From a virus (lineage: Duplodnaviria; Caudoviricetes): DNA of 34,104 bases. Of this stretch, positions 27,000 to 34,104 are shown in pieces; the first letter of the stretch is position 1; every line of letters begins with the position of its first letter. The notes beneath the pieces were generated by a model. It was not told the DNA's origin. It saw nothing but the letters and a program-made list of their open reading frames with translations, and ran no database searches. Both the position numbers and the translations under genes were made by a program. The stretch spans positions 1 to 34,104 of IMG/VR virus record IMGVR_UViG_3300043447_000197. One strand, 5' to 3'.

Positions 27000-27293
27000 A
27001 TGAAACCAGATTGCCCTAATTGCCATAGTGGTAGCTGCTACCATCTAGACCCAATTATTACCCTAGAGCACACAGATACGTTTTTTAGAGTAATGCATGC
27101 TGCAGATAGGTGTGCAGGGGAATACTGTACTATCCATAATCGCTCTGACCACAACATGAGAAGTTATCCACAATCATGGCGTGGTGATAGGGGCATTATG
27201 GAAAGGATTTGTCCACATGGTGTTGGACATCCTGACCCTGATGAAATTAACCAAGACAAAACACACGGATGCGATGGATGTTGCTATGAATGA
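27000..27293 (+). CDS. Cys/His-rich hypothetical phage protein
   Basis: CPNC, CTIHNRSDH, ERICPHGVGHPDPD, HGCDGCC. Confidence 0.75.
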   Translation: MKPDCPNCHSGSCYHLDPIITLEHTDTFFRVMHAADRCAGEYCTIHNRSDHNMRSYPQSWRGDRGIMERICPHGVGHPDPDEINQDKTHGCDGCCYE

Positions 27294-27690
27294 TATTGAG
27301 AAGCTACAAGAGATTAGCCGTTTGCTGGATGAAGCATACCAGCACTACTTTTCCTACGAAGGCCACTGTAAGTCCTCTGAGGGCTGGATTAGCGTAGAGT
27401 ATGGAAACTATTGGGATCGCTCTGACAATCCCTCTGAGGTCCCTATTAAGAATGTTTGTATCTATTCCTATGTATTTTGCACAGAAGGTCGTAGCCAGGA
27501 CTTTGCCAGCCTAGATGAAGCACTAGAGACTGTACGTGATTGGCATACTAAAGAGATGGCTTATGACTACAATGCTCCTGAAGAGGTAGCAGCACGTGAA
27601 GAGATGGATGAATGGGCTGCAGGTTGGGTACAGGAAATGCAGGATAGTGGTAAACTAAGTATACATATTGTGGGGGAAGACAATGGATAA
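27286..27690 (+). CDS. Hypothetical protein
   Basis: ORF; start at MNDIEKL overlapping the upstream stop. Confidence 0.7.
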   Translation: MNDIEKLQEISRLLDEAYQHYFSYEGHCKSSEGWISVEYGNYWDRSDNPSEVPIKNVCIYSYVFCTEGRSQDFASLDEALETVRDWHTKEMAYDYNAPEEVAAREEMDEWAAGWVQEMQDSGKLSIHIVGEDNG

Positions 27691-27847
27691 AGCAGAGTTA
27701 GTCATCCAGCACCTAGAGCGTAACCTAGGTATAGACCTTAAGAAGAGTAGTAATATGCCACAAGAGTGGTGTTTCCAATTTGCTAGAAAATACACACAGT
27801 ATCTAAGAACACAATTTAACGTAAAGGAAGAAAATGGATCTAAATAA
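27683..27847 (+). CDS. 54-aa hypothetical protein (not in ORF track)
   Basis: MDKAELVIQHLERNLG...; fills the gap with overlaps at both ends. Confidence 0.6.
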   Translation: MDKAELVIQHLERNLGIDLKKSSNMPQEWCFQFARKYTQYLRTQFNVKEENGSK

Positions 27848-28058
27848 CCTAGCCAACATGCGTCTAGAAGACTTTAACAAAATCGGGGAACAGGAATACA
27901 ATAGAGGATTCCGTGCAGCCCTAGAGACAGTAATCAAAATCCTAGACAAGAAGCCTTGTGAGGACTACCTAGCAGATAATGAGTGTGAGCACGACATCTG
28001 TTCCTATTCTGCTGAACTAGCGGAAGGACTGATGGGTGTCAAGAATAACATTCAATAA
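27834..28058 (+). CDS. Hypothetical protein
   Basis: ORF with AAGGA RBS. Confidence 0.7.
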   Translation: MDLNNLANMRLEDFNKIGEQEYNRGFRAALETVIKILDKKPCEDYLADNECEHDICSYSAELAEGLMGVKNNIQ

Positions 28059-28224
28059 GACTTGGTATGGTTCTACTCATATCGTTATATTTAATAAGCT
28101 AGCCATCTACCTAGGTAAAAAGGGTGGATGGGGCATTGGCTTTGAGATTGATCCTAGAGAGCAGGCCTTGACTATTGATTTAGTTAAGTTCTATATTATC
28201 TTTGAGAAGGTATGGGCTGACTAA
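28036..28224 (+). CDS. Hypothetical protein
   Basis: 62-aa ORF in the operon. Confidence 0.55.
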   Translation: MSRITFNKTWYGSTHIVIFNKLAIYLGKKGGWGIGFEIDPREQALTIDLVKFYIIFEKVWAD

Positions 28225-28748
28225 AGTATGTCTTGATATGGCTCTCTTACCATATCCTTCTTTGCTGTCCAGCAAGTGATAATGACATATCTCTCTCCAG
28301 ACTTAATGTCTCCAACAGCGTGATCTGCCTCTCTACCAACCTGATAGAAGAACAAGGCATCACCTGACCCAAGACTAAATGTCTTGCCCACATTTGGGAA
28401 CATGACCTCTCCACCTACATGGAAGTCACCTAGCTGGATTATTGATGTGTGGGTACAGTTACCAGCACATGGGCCATCTTGATCTGAATGGGTAGCCATG
28501 CCTACACCAGGGTAGTACTTCAATAGTCCAATATCGTGGGGGTATAGTAGAGAACCACTCTCCTGACTCAGTAGTACTATATACTTCCTCATAATAGATA
28601 AGAACTCTTCATCTCCTACATTCCATATCATCTGTCTGCCATCATAGGCTGGAAGGCTATGCTGATGTCTTGCCAAGTCCTTTGAGTTGATAAAGTCTAT
28701 TAGCTTAGATACATCTTCTTGAGATACAAAGTTAGGAATAATTTTCAT
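28221..28748 (-). CDS. 2OG-Fe(II) oxygenase, prolyl 4-hydroxylase-like
   Basis: THSD...TSIIQL...GGEVMFP...GDALFF...HAV...GERY. Confidence 0.85.
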   Translation of the reverse strand: MKIIPNFVSQEDVSKLIDFINSKDLARHQHSLPAYDGRQMIWNVGDEEFLSIMRKYIVLLSQESGSLLYPHDIGLLKYYPGVGMATHSDQDGPCAGNCTHTSIIQLGDFHVGGEVMFPNVGKTFSLGSGDALFFYQVGREADHAVGDIKSGERYVIITCWTAKKDMVREPYQDIL

Positions 28749-28762
28749 ACTATAATTATACT
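28749..28762. promoter_or_regulatory. Overlapping divergent -10 elements
   Basis: ACTATAATTATACT: TATAAT on each strand, each 6 nt from an ATG. Confidence 0.7.
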
Positions 28763-29083
28763 ATGGAAGAAGCAATTTTGTACGTACTATACAGCAAAGA
28801 GTATCATGCTGTCAAAATAGGCATAGCAGATATAGCTAATAGTAGGTTCAAAGCCCATAGGACCAAGGGATGGAAGGTCGTAGCCTATTGGCACTTTTTC
28901 GAACGGTATAAAGCCAGAGCCGTAGAAACTATAGTACTAAATACACTAAGAGATAGATACGGATACTTCCTAAGTAAAGAACAAATGCCCTATGGGGGTT
29001 ATACAGAGACCTTTGACGCAAATAAGGTTACACGGAGAATGATCATACGTATGGTCAATAAGGCAATCAAGACATCAAGATGA
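28763..29083 (+). CDS. GIY-YIG/T5orf172-like nuclease-domain protein
   Basis: LYVLY...VKIGI...RFKAH...E...GYTETF. Confidence 0.7.
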   Translation: MEEAILYVLYSKEYHAVKIGIADIANSRFKAHRTKGWKVVAYWHFFERYKARAVETIVLNTLRDRYGYFLSKEQMPYGGYTETFDANKVTRRMIIRMVNKAIKTSR

Positions 29084-29101
29084 GTCTGATACCCCTGAAT
29101 T

Positions 29102-29175
29102 TTATACACATAGTTATCCACAATTTGATACCTGATTTGGTTGATTTAGTATAGTTATCCACAGGTTTATCCACA
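29102..29175 (+). promoter_or_regulatory. Cluster of four DnaA boxes
   Basis: TTATACACA 29102; TTATCCACA 29114, 29155, 29167. Confidence 0.8.
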
Positions 29176-29265
29176 AGTAGATGTTACTGAGTATAATTTC
29201 TCATAGGGTTAAAGTGGAGTATTGTGGAGAGATATGGGTAATGGAACGCATAAGATCGTAGGGCC

Positions 29266-30020
29266 ATCGTAATCCTACCACAAATTGACCCATTTGTCAA
29301 ATCGGAATATCCCCAATTGTTACCAAATTGTGATATCAATCATAGTTACCAAATTGTTATATTTGACAAATTGGGATATCTATGCTATGCAGATTTGGGG
29401 ATTTTGTAGCTATATCGTAATAAAAAAATTTGTCCAAATCAAGAAAAATGTTATATATAAATTAAATAATTTGATATAACAATATCCTAATTTGGACAAA
29501 CCTCAAGAGATGTTTCTCTTATTAGTACTATAGGGGATTATTGGTATCTTTCGTAATACCCCCGACTAAATGGGGGCCACCCCAGGTAGTAGTTCTACCA
29601 TGATCATTGGATCCTTTCTACTTTACATTCTTATCGGTCTTATCAGATACCTGGCTCTGTGGGGGTAGCACGGTAAATGAGAAGAGTTTCTGAATCCCAG
29701 TATACTTAGTAAAGGCATGCCATACAAATAAGGATAGTTCATTTCCATCAGCCTGCTGCTGTGCAGCTGCTTTGGGATAAGCTGCTTGAAAGAAATGATT
29801 GCGAGGACTCATACCTTAATTATATCATCCCCCTATGACAATTTGACAAATTAGGGATAATGTGATATAAAACTTTCTGGGATTTTTTGGAGCTGATCGT
29901 AATGTGTTTGTTACAAAATTGTTATAATTTGATATCCTCAATTTGGTAAACTTTCTGGGAATTTTTTCCTACCATCGTAATGACATTTTGTCAACTATTT
30001 GGATATAACGATTTGGTAAC
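29266..30020. repeat. Dispersed repeats GTTAC(C/A)AAATTGTTATA and GGGA-N13/14-TCGTAAT
   Basis: First motif at 29319, 29345, 29910 and 30004 (reverse); TCGTAAT at 29267, 29415, 29551, 29897, 29975. Confidence 0.75.
29618..29812 (-). CDS. Hypothetical protein
   Basis: 64-aa ORF with TGATATAAT 6 nt upstream on the - strand. Confidence 0.6.
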   Translation of the reverse strand: MSPRNHFFQAAYPKAAAQQQADGNELSLFVWHAFTKYTGIQKLFSFTVLPPQSQVSDKTDKNVK

Positions 30021-30042
30021 ATGAGTCGATCCCTTTCGGGTA

Positions 30043-30162
30043 TCAAATAGGACAATTAGAATAAACTGCAGGACCATCTTCGCAGGTGCAGAAACCAAAT
30101 TCTTCTACCTGAGTATCATGGGTTAGTTCTGCTAGGTCTGACCAGTAATATACCTTATCCAT
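30043..30162 (-). CDS. 39-aa hypothetical protein (not in ORF track)
   Basis: MDKVYYWSDLAELTHDTQVEEFGFCTCEDGPAVYSNCPI; overlaps the upstream stop. Confidence 0.6.
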   Translation of the reverse strand: MDKVYYWSDLAELTHDTQVEEFGFCTCEDGPAVYSNCPI

Positions 30163-30292
30163 TTATCTTCCCCAATACTATTTGATATGCATCAATGGCT
30201 CCCTCAAGATAATCATTAAGACTATCATTGATGTCTAGCCCTTCCATCTCTGCCTTTAGTTCTTCGATTCGTTCTTTCAAAAAGCTTTCCAT
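30155..30292 (-). CDS. 45-aa hypothetical protein (not in ORF track)
   Basis: MESFLKERIEELKAEMEGLDINDSLNDYLEGAIDAYQIVLGKING; AGGAG RBS and TAATG coupling. Confidence 0.65.
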   Translation of the reverse strand: MESFLKERIEELKAEMEGLDINDSLNDYLEGAIDAYQIVLGKING

Positions 30293-30474
30293 TATTCTCC
30301 TACCTTCCAATCCATATTATCAAATATGGTAGACATTGTCAAGTGCAAACTGCAATCACAATCTCCTCCGTTCATATTCTCTATGAAGTCAAAGTGTGAA
30401 TAGTTATCTTCATATATCTTAGTAACCAACTCATGTACTGCATATGGGGTGCTCATGAATTTGACATTATCCAA
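30292..30474 (-). CDS. Hypothetical protein
   Basis: 60-aa ORF in a coupled - strand run. Confidence 0.65.
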   Translation of the reverse strand: MDNVKFMSTPYAVHELVTKIYEDNYSHFDFIENMNGGDCDCSLHLTMSTIFDNMDWKVGE

Positions 30475-30668
30475 TCTTCGTTAATGGGCTCATCTTCATA
30501 GCAACCACAACACTCAACACAAATGATTTCGTTGTCCTTGCTACAGGTTGGACACATAAAGGCATCCATAGTCATCTCAGGGTCTTTACAGAACTCGCAG
30601 ATCGTTTCTTGTAGTTCTGCTAGGGTATAGTCTCTAAGGTGCTTATCTACCTTGTACATATGTTCCAT
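30453..30668 (-). CDS. Cys-rich zinc-binding protein
   Basis: CEFC, CPTC, CVECCGC; AAGGAG before ATG 30668. Confidence 0.65.
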   Translation of the reverse strand: MEHMYKVDKHLRDYTLAELQETICEFCKDPEMTMDAFMCPTCSKDNEIICVECCGCYEDEPINEDWIMSNS

Positions 30669-30999
30669 ACTCCTTGTCTGCCGTCCATTTTTCAATCTCT
30701 TCTGAATCCATATCTGAGATATCAATCATTAGACTATTTTCAAACATCCAGTCTCTTACCCATTCATATAGGTGTTCAGTTCCATATTCTAGGGTAAAGG
30801 CAGGGGTATTCTCAAGTAGGGCATTCCATACAATATCCTGTGTGCGGATATATAACTCTTCATCTGTATAGAAGTTATCAATGATATCCCATACCCATAG
30901 CCATACAAGGCTAGGAAAGAGAGTCTCATTAAGTGTGCTTAGTTTATCTAGGATATCTCTTAGGATACCTAGTTCTTCTTGCTTGGGGTTGTTTGTCAT
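30643..30999 (-). CDS. Acidic hypothetical protein
   Basis: 118-aa ORF. Confidence 0.7.
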   Translation of the reverse strand: MTNNPKQEELGILRDILDKLSTLNETLFPSLVWLWVWDIIDNFYTDEELYIRTQDIVWNALLENTPAFTLEYGTEHLYEWVRDWMFENSLMIDISDMDSEEIEKWTADKEYGTYVQGR

Positions 31000-31008
31000 A
31001 GTTCTATT

Positions 31009-31278
31009 CTACTCGTTATCTAGGATTTCGTCAAGTGCTTCAAAGCCTGTGTCTTCCACATCTACCCCTGCCAATAGCAAGTCAAAGGTTTCGTTGATAA
31101 AAGACTTAGCCTGCTCTGACTTAGCCTCTACTACACCTGTGCTCACCAAGTAAGCAAGTGGCAGACCCAAGTCGTTGTATTCGATAAAGTCTTGGAACTC
31201 TTCGTCATCACGATACATTAGCCAAATCTCAGAAAGAATGTTAGCCTTATTATCGAATGTAGTTTGTTCTGAACTCAT
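31009..31278 (-). CDS. Highly acidic hypothetical protein
   Basis: 89-aa ORF rich in D/E; FIEYNDLGLPLAY. Confidence 0.75.
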   Translation of the reverse strand: MSSEQTTFDNKANILSEIWLMYRDDEEFQDFIEYNDLGLPLAYLVSTGVVEAKSEQAKSFINETFDLLLAGVDVEDTGFEALDEILDNE

Positions 31279-31456
31279 TGTTTTCCTTCTCTTCCTGTGC
31301 TGCTTCTGCTAGCACTTCTAGTCTCTTGTAAGTTGTCTGTGGTCTCATTCTTGCGATATAAATACCAACACGCTCAATGTCTAATCTCAAATCACAAATC
31401 ATATTAGAAATCTTTACAGCAACTTTCTCCTCATCTGTCATACCTCTATGTGTCAT
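31250..31456 (-). CDS. Hypothetical protein
   Basis: 68-aa ORF with GAGG RBS. Confidence 0.7.
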   Translation of the reverse strand: MTHRGMTDEEKVAVKISNMICDLRLDIERVGIYIARMRPQTTYKRLEVLAEAAQEEKENNEFRTNYIR

Positions 31457-31483
31457 TGTTATACCTCACTTTTCTATTGTATC

Positions 31484-31540
31484 AAAAATAAAGGAGGAGG
31501 GCAAGTAGTGAAAGTAGGAAATTTCTACCTGCCCCCCTCC
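31484..31540 (-). terminator. Long intrinsic terminator-like hairpin
   Basis: - strand GGAGGGGGGCAGGTAG/CTACTTGCCCTCCTCC, 16 bp with two G-U pairs, then TTTATTTTT. Confidence 0.75.
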
Positions 31541-31593
31541 TGGTGGTACAGCCAACCCCTTAGCTGTACACTATCCTAGGGAGTATTCTCAAC

Positions 31594-31974
31594 CTAGGAA
31601 TTCTTGGTATACCATACCATTGGTTCCATATATGGATGCACGTCCTTAGCTGGGATAAGACTGTTAAGCCACTTAGTGATTGACTCTGGGCATGCCTTGG
31701 CCTCTTCTAGGAATGCATCTACACCTGTCCAGAAATCAGTCCCATACTCTTCGATGGGAAAGTCTGGAGCAAGGGCCCTAGTCTCAGCTAATGTTAGTTT
31801 AATTAATTCACCTTCATACGTACGGGAACCATCTCCATCAGCTACATATAGATATACCTGAATAGATAGGCAGTCATCATAGATGGTGCCCTGGTCCTCA
31901 TTCCAGTCTTCAGCATAAAAGATGTTAAGGTCATAGGCCTTAGTTGACTCATAGGTGAACTGTGTGTTAGTCAT
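31594..31974 (-). CDS. Acidic hypothetical protein
   Basis: Start at MTNTQFTY overlapping the upstream stop. Confidence 0.7.
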   Translation of the reverse strand: MTNTQFTYESTKAYDLNIFYAEDWNEDQGTIYDDCLSIQVYLYVADGDGSRTYEGELIKLTLAETRALAPDFPIEEYGTDFWTGVDAFLEEAKACPESITKWLNSLIPAKDVHPYMEPMVWYTKNS

Positions 31975-32173
31975 TGGTGTACATAGTCCTTTCACGCTTC
32001 TTAGATATAACATTGACTTCAACATTATAGAACATGGATACGACATCTAAGGCACTGCCAAAGTAAGCCAGATCAATACCAGTATCATTATGAATGTGCA
32101 CTAGGTCATCAGCTAAGCGTTCTAGATACACTTCGTCTTTAATCTTCAATTGGGGTTCCTCTCTTATTGACAA
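31967..32173 (-). CDS. Hypothetical protein
   Basis: 68-aa ORF with TTG start, coupled on both sides. Confidence 0.6.
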   Translation of the reverse strand: MSIREEPQLKIKDEVYLERLADDLVHIHNDTGIDLAYFGSALDVVSMFYNVEVNVISKKRERTMYTND

Positions 32174-32544
32174 TCTTCATGGCCACAGCAGTCTGGGCAG
32201 GTTAGTTCTCCGTCGTCTTCAACGCATGGGAAATCATATGTGTTACCGCATTGCTCACAGGTATCCATCTGAAGGTCTACTTCATAGTCTGTGTCTTCTT
32301 CGGCAGGCAGTTCAGTAATAAAGTATCCTAGTCTATTTACAAAGTGCCAACCATTGTAAATACCAGTTCCACTGCCAACGTCTGTATAGGTCCAGATGCG
32401 GTTCTGTGGGATTGATTTGACATAGTCTACTTCCTCACCGTAGGTTTCAAACATCTGCTGGTCAGGTGTAGAAACAAGATGATTAGGCATTACCTTGAAT
32501 TGTTCATCGAACTCTTCCCAAGTTAGGGATACTTGTTTAGACAT
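32164..32544 (-). CDS. Acidic protein with C-terminal zinc ribbon
   Basis: FETYGEE, RIWT, GWHFVNRLGYFIT, CEQC...CPDC. Confidence 0.75.
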   Translation of the reverse strand: MSKQVSLTWEEFDEQFKVMPNHLVSTPDQQMFETYGEEVDYVKSIPQNRIWTYTDVGSGTGIYNGWHFVNRLGYFITELPAEEDTDYEVDLQMDTCEQCGNTYDFPCVEDDGELTCPDCCGHEDCQ

Positions 32545-32731
32545 TAAGTGGGGTCTCTCTTCCGTACTCTCTGATTACGTCTTCGAACTTATCTTGTTCA
32601 AATCCGCCATGTTCATCAATGATATCAGAAAACTGCTCTGCTGTCAAATCGTTTGTGTCTAGTACCCAAACAGGGTGGGTAGGGTCAACTTGCCACCAAT
32701 CACCATTAACATTAGTAATATACTTAGTCAT
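32537..32731 (-). CDS. Acidic hypothetical protein
   Basis: Start MTKYIT after GAGGGGG. Confidence 0.65.
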   Translation of the reverse strand: MTKYITNVNGDWWQVDPTHPVWVLDTNDLTAEQFSDIIDEHGGFEQDKFEDVIREYGRETPLNV

Positions 32732-32900
32732 CGTCTTCCCCCTCATTCTCAAACTCTTCAACGGTAATGCTATCAACACCGTCGTACATCATGTCTTCCC
32801 AGTTCCAGCCAAACTCTTCAGCCTGTGCGGTAGTCTCAAACTCATCGTCATCACTTTCATATGTAAATGTGACAGTCGTCTTGATATAGTGTCTAGCCAT
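32724..32900 (-). CDS. 58-aa extremely acidic protein (not in ORF track)
   Basis: MARHYIKTTVTFTYESDDDEFETTAQAEEFGWNWEDMMYDGVDSITVEEFENEGEDDD; AGGA RBS. Confidence 0.7.
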   Translation of the reverse strand: MARHYIKTTVTFTYESDDDEFETTAQAEEFGWNWEDMMYDGVDSITVEEFENEGEDDD

Positions 32901-32918
32901 TTATTTATCCTATCTTTC

Positions 32919-33449
32919 TTAGTAATGGAAGTCTACAGGAACAAGATACCAGTTATTGGCTCCGTTGTCAAGTTCTTCAAGCAAGTATTTTGGAGAGGTT
33001 GAATAGTTCTCTAGGTCATAGAAATAGCTATCCTGATTCCAAGTACCGTTTAGCATTTTTGCAGCGGAATTTATGTAATAGATAGCCATGTCCCACCTAT
33101 TAGATAGAACATCAGGGTCAGAGATAAACTCATCTACAAGACCAATAAACTTATCAAAGTCTAAGTGTTCTTTTACTCTCCCCATTTCTTCGCTACGAGC
33201 CTCAAGAACATTTTGGATAACACTACGAAACTGGTCAGGAGCATTAGCAAATGCAACCACATCATTCCAACTATTTTCATACTGGTTAGCAGGATTAGAA
33301 TTCCAACGACCACCACCAACAACATACCAATCGGACCAACCACCTAGTCCCTCACTTTCTGAATACTGCTCATTGAATGTACTTTCTACAGAACGGAATG
33401 CTTCTTCTGCACTCTCTGCCTTTACTGCTACATGTTGCAATACATGCAT
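32919..33449 (-). CDS. Hypothetical phage protein
   Basis: Start MHVLQH after GAAAGGAAAA; WSDWYVVGGGRW...YLVPVDFHY. Confidence 0.75.
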   Translation of the reverse strand: MHVLQHVAVKAESAEEAFRSVESTFNEQYSESEGLGGWSDWYVVGGGRWNSNPANQYENSWNDVVAFANAPDQFRSVIQNVLEARSEEMGRVKEHLDFDKFIGLVDEFISDPDVLSNRWDMAIYYINSAAKMLNGTWNQDSYFYDLENYSTSPKYLLEELDNGANNWYLVPVDFHY

Positions 33450-33480
33450 GGGGTTTTCCTTTCTACTTTCTAATACCTCA

Positions 33481-33509
33481 ATTTTACACCCTACCTCTGA
33501 CAAAGTCAA
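33481..33509 (-). promoter_or_regulatory. Promoter for the - strand cluster
   Basis: TTGACT-17 bp-TAAAAT on the - strand. Confidence 0.7.
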
Positions 33510-33675
33510 ACGCCTATCGTAATTCGGGAAAAATGTTACATGATCGTAATTAAAATATCATGATTAAAAAGATAAACTAATTTGGGGTCGCCCCATTTTT
33601 GATCGTTTGTCAAGTCAGCTTTTATAACGATCCCACTACGGGGAGGCAGTTTTACATGTTGCCCAGCATGTTTTA

Positions 33676-34104
33676 TTATGCGTTAGCCATTACGCCCTGC
33701 ACAACTTTTAGCAGACGATTCTTTTCTGCGTTTATCATTGGGTCAAATCCACTTGCACTTGCAAGAATAGATTCGTTAGAACCACCACGTGCTGAGCGAT
33801 ACCAGTCTAGGCGTTCGGTTAGAGCGTTGAAAGCACCCCAAGAGTTGCCAGCAATCATTCCGTTGAATTGTCCAGTGTAAATGTCGTTGATGACATCCAC
33901 CTTGTTTTCCCACTTCTTGACAGCACCCTTAGTGTCCTTGTCAGGCTTAGGATAAGCGGCAAGAATGATGTCGTTGAATTGCTTAGCGGTGACTTCTTGC
34001 GAAATCATAGCGTGTGCCATCTTGTCGAACTCATCCATGTATTTGTTAGCAAGACCAAGAGTCTCACGTGCAACGGCAATCTTGCCCTCTGCGGTTTGCG
34101 TGTG
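33676..34104 (-). CDS. DUF932 family phage/plasmid protein, 5' truncated
   Basis: Frame open to window edge (HTQTAEGKIAVARETLGL...); GNSWGAFNALTERLDW. Confidence 0.8.
   Translation of the reverse strand, partial: HTQTAEGKIAVARETLGLANKYMDEFDKMAHAMISQEVTAKQFNDIILAAYPKPDKDTKGAVKKWENKVDVINDIYTGQFNGMIAGNSWGAFNALTERLDWYRSARGGSNESILASASGFDPMINAEKNRLLKVVQGVMANA

Noticed and set aside
29285-29479. 64-aa + strand ORF
   Set aside because: TTG start with no RBS, low-complexity translation, and it runs through the repeated regulatory motifs
33450-33509. N-terminal extension of ORF 32919..33509
   Set aside because: The TTG start is the -35 of a promoter; GAAAGG RBS supports ATG 33449

Overview
This is an AT-rich, gene-dense segment of what is almost certainly a large tailed phage of Actinobacteria. 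Support for that call: WhiB, NrdH, an MSMEG_6728-like protein, ThyX, GroES, phage tRNAs, HNH nucleases, DUF932, three peptidoglycan hydrolases and many leaderless genes; no structural genes fall in the window. Bases 1-29083 are mostly + strand and carry a large modification toolkit: four prolyl-4-hydroxylase-type 2OG-Fe(II) oxygenases, three clear and one divergent GT60 (Skp1-hydroxyproline GlcNAc-transferase-like) genes, a GT8, a NodU/CmcH carbamoyltransferase, a sulfotransferase-like gene, two SGNH proteins, and an NDP-sugar dehydratase plus C-methyltransferase. The best candidate for a new system is a phage hydroxylate-then-glycosylate-then-decorate pathway analogous to the protist PhyA/Gnt1 pathway. 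Non-coding highlights are a promoter-driven ~88-nt structured RNA (15924-16011), a rare tRNA-Ile(UAU), and a control region at 29.1-30.0 kb with four DnaA boxes and two other repeated motifs. Bases 30043-34104 are a - strand cluster of small, acidic, probably early proteins. All family calls come from motif recognition by eye; no searches were run.
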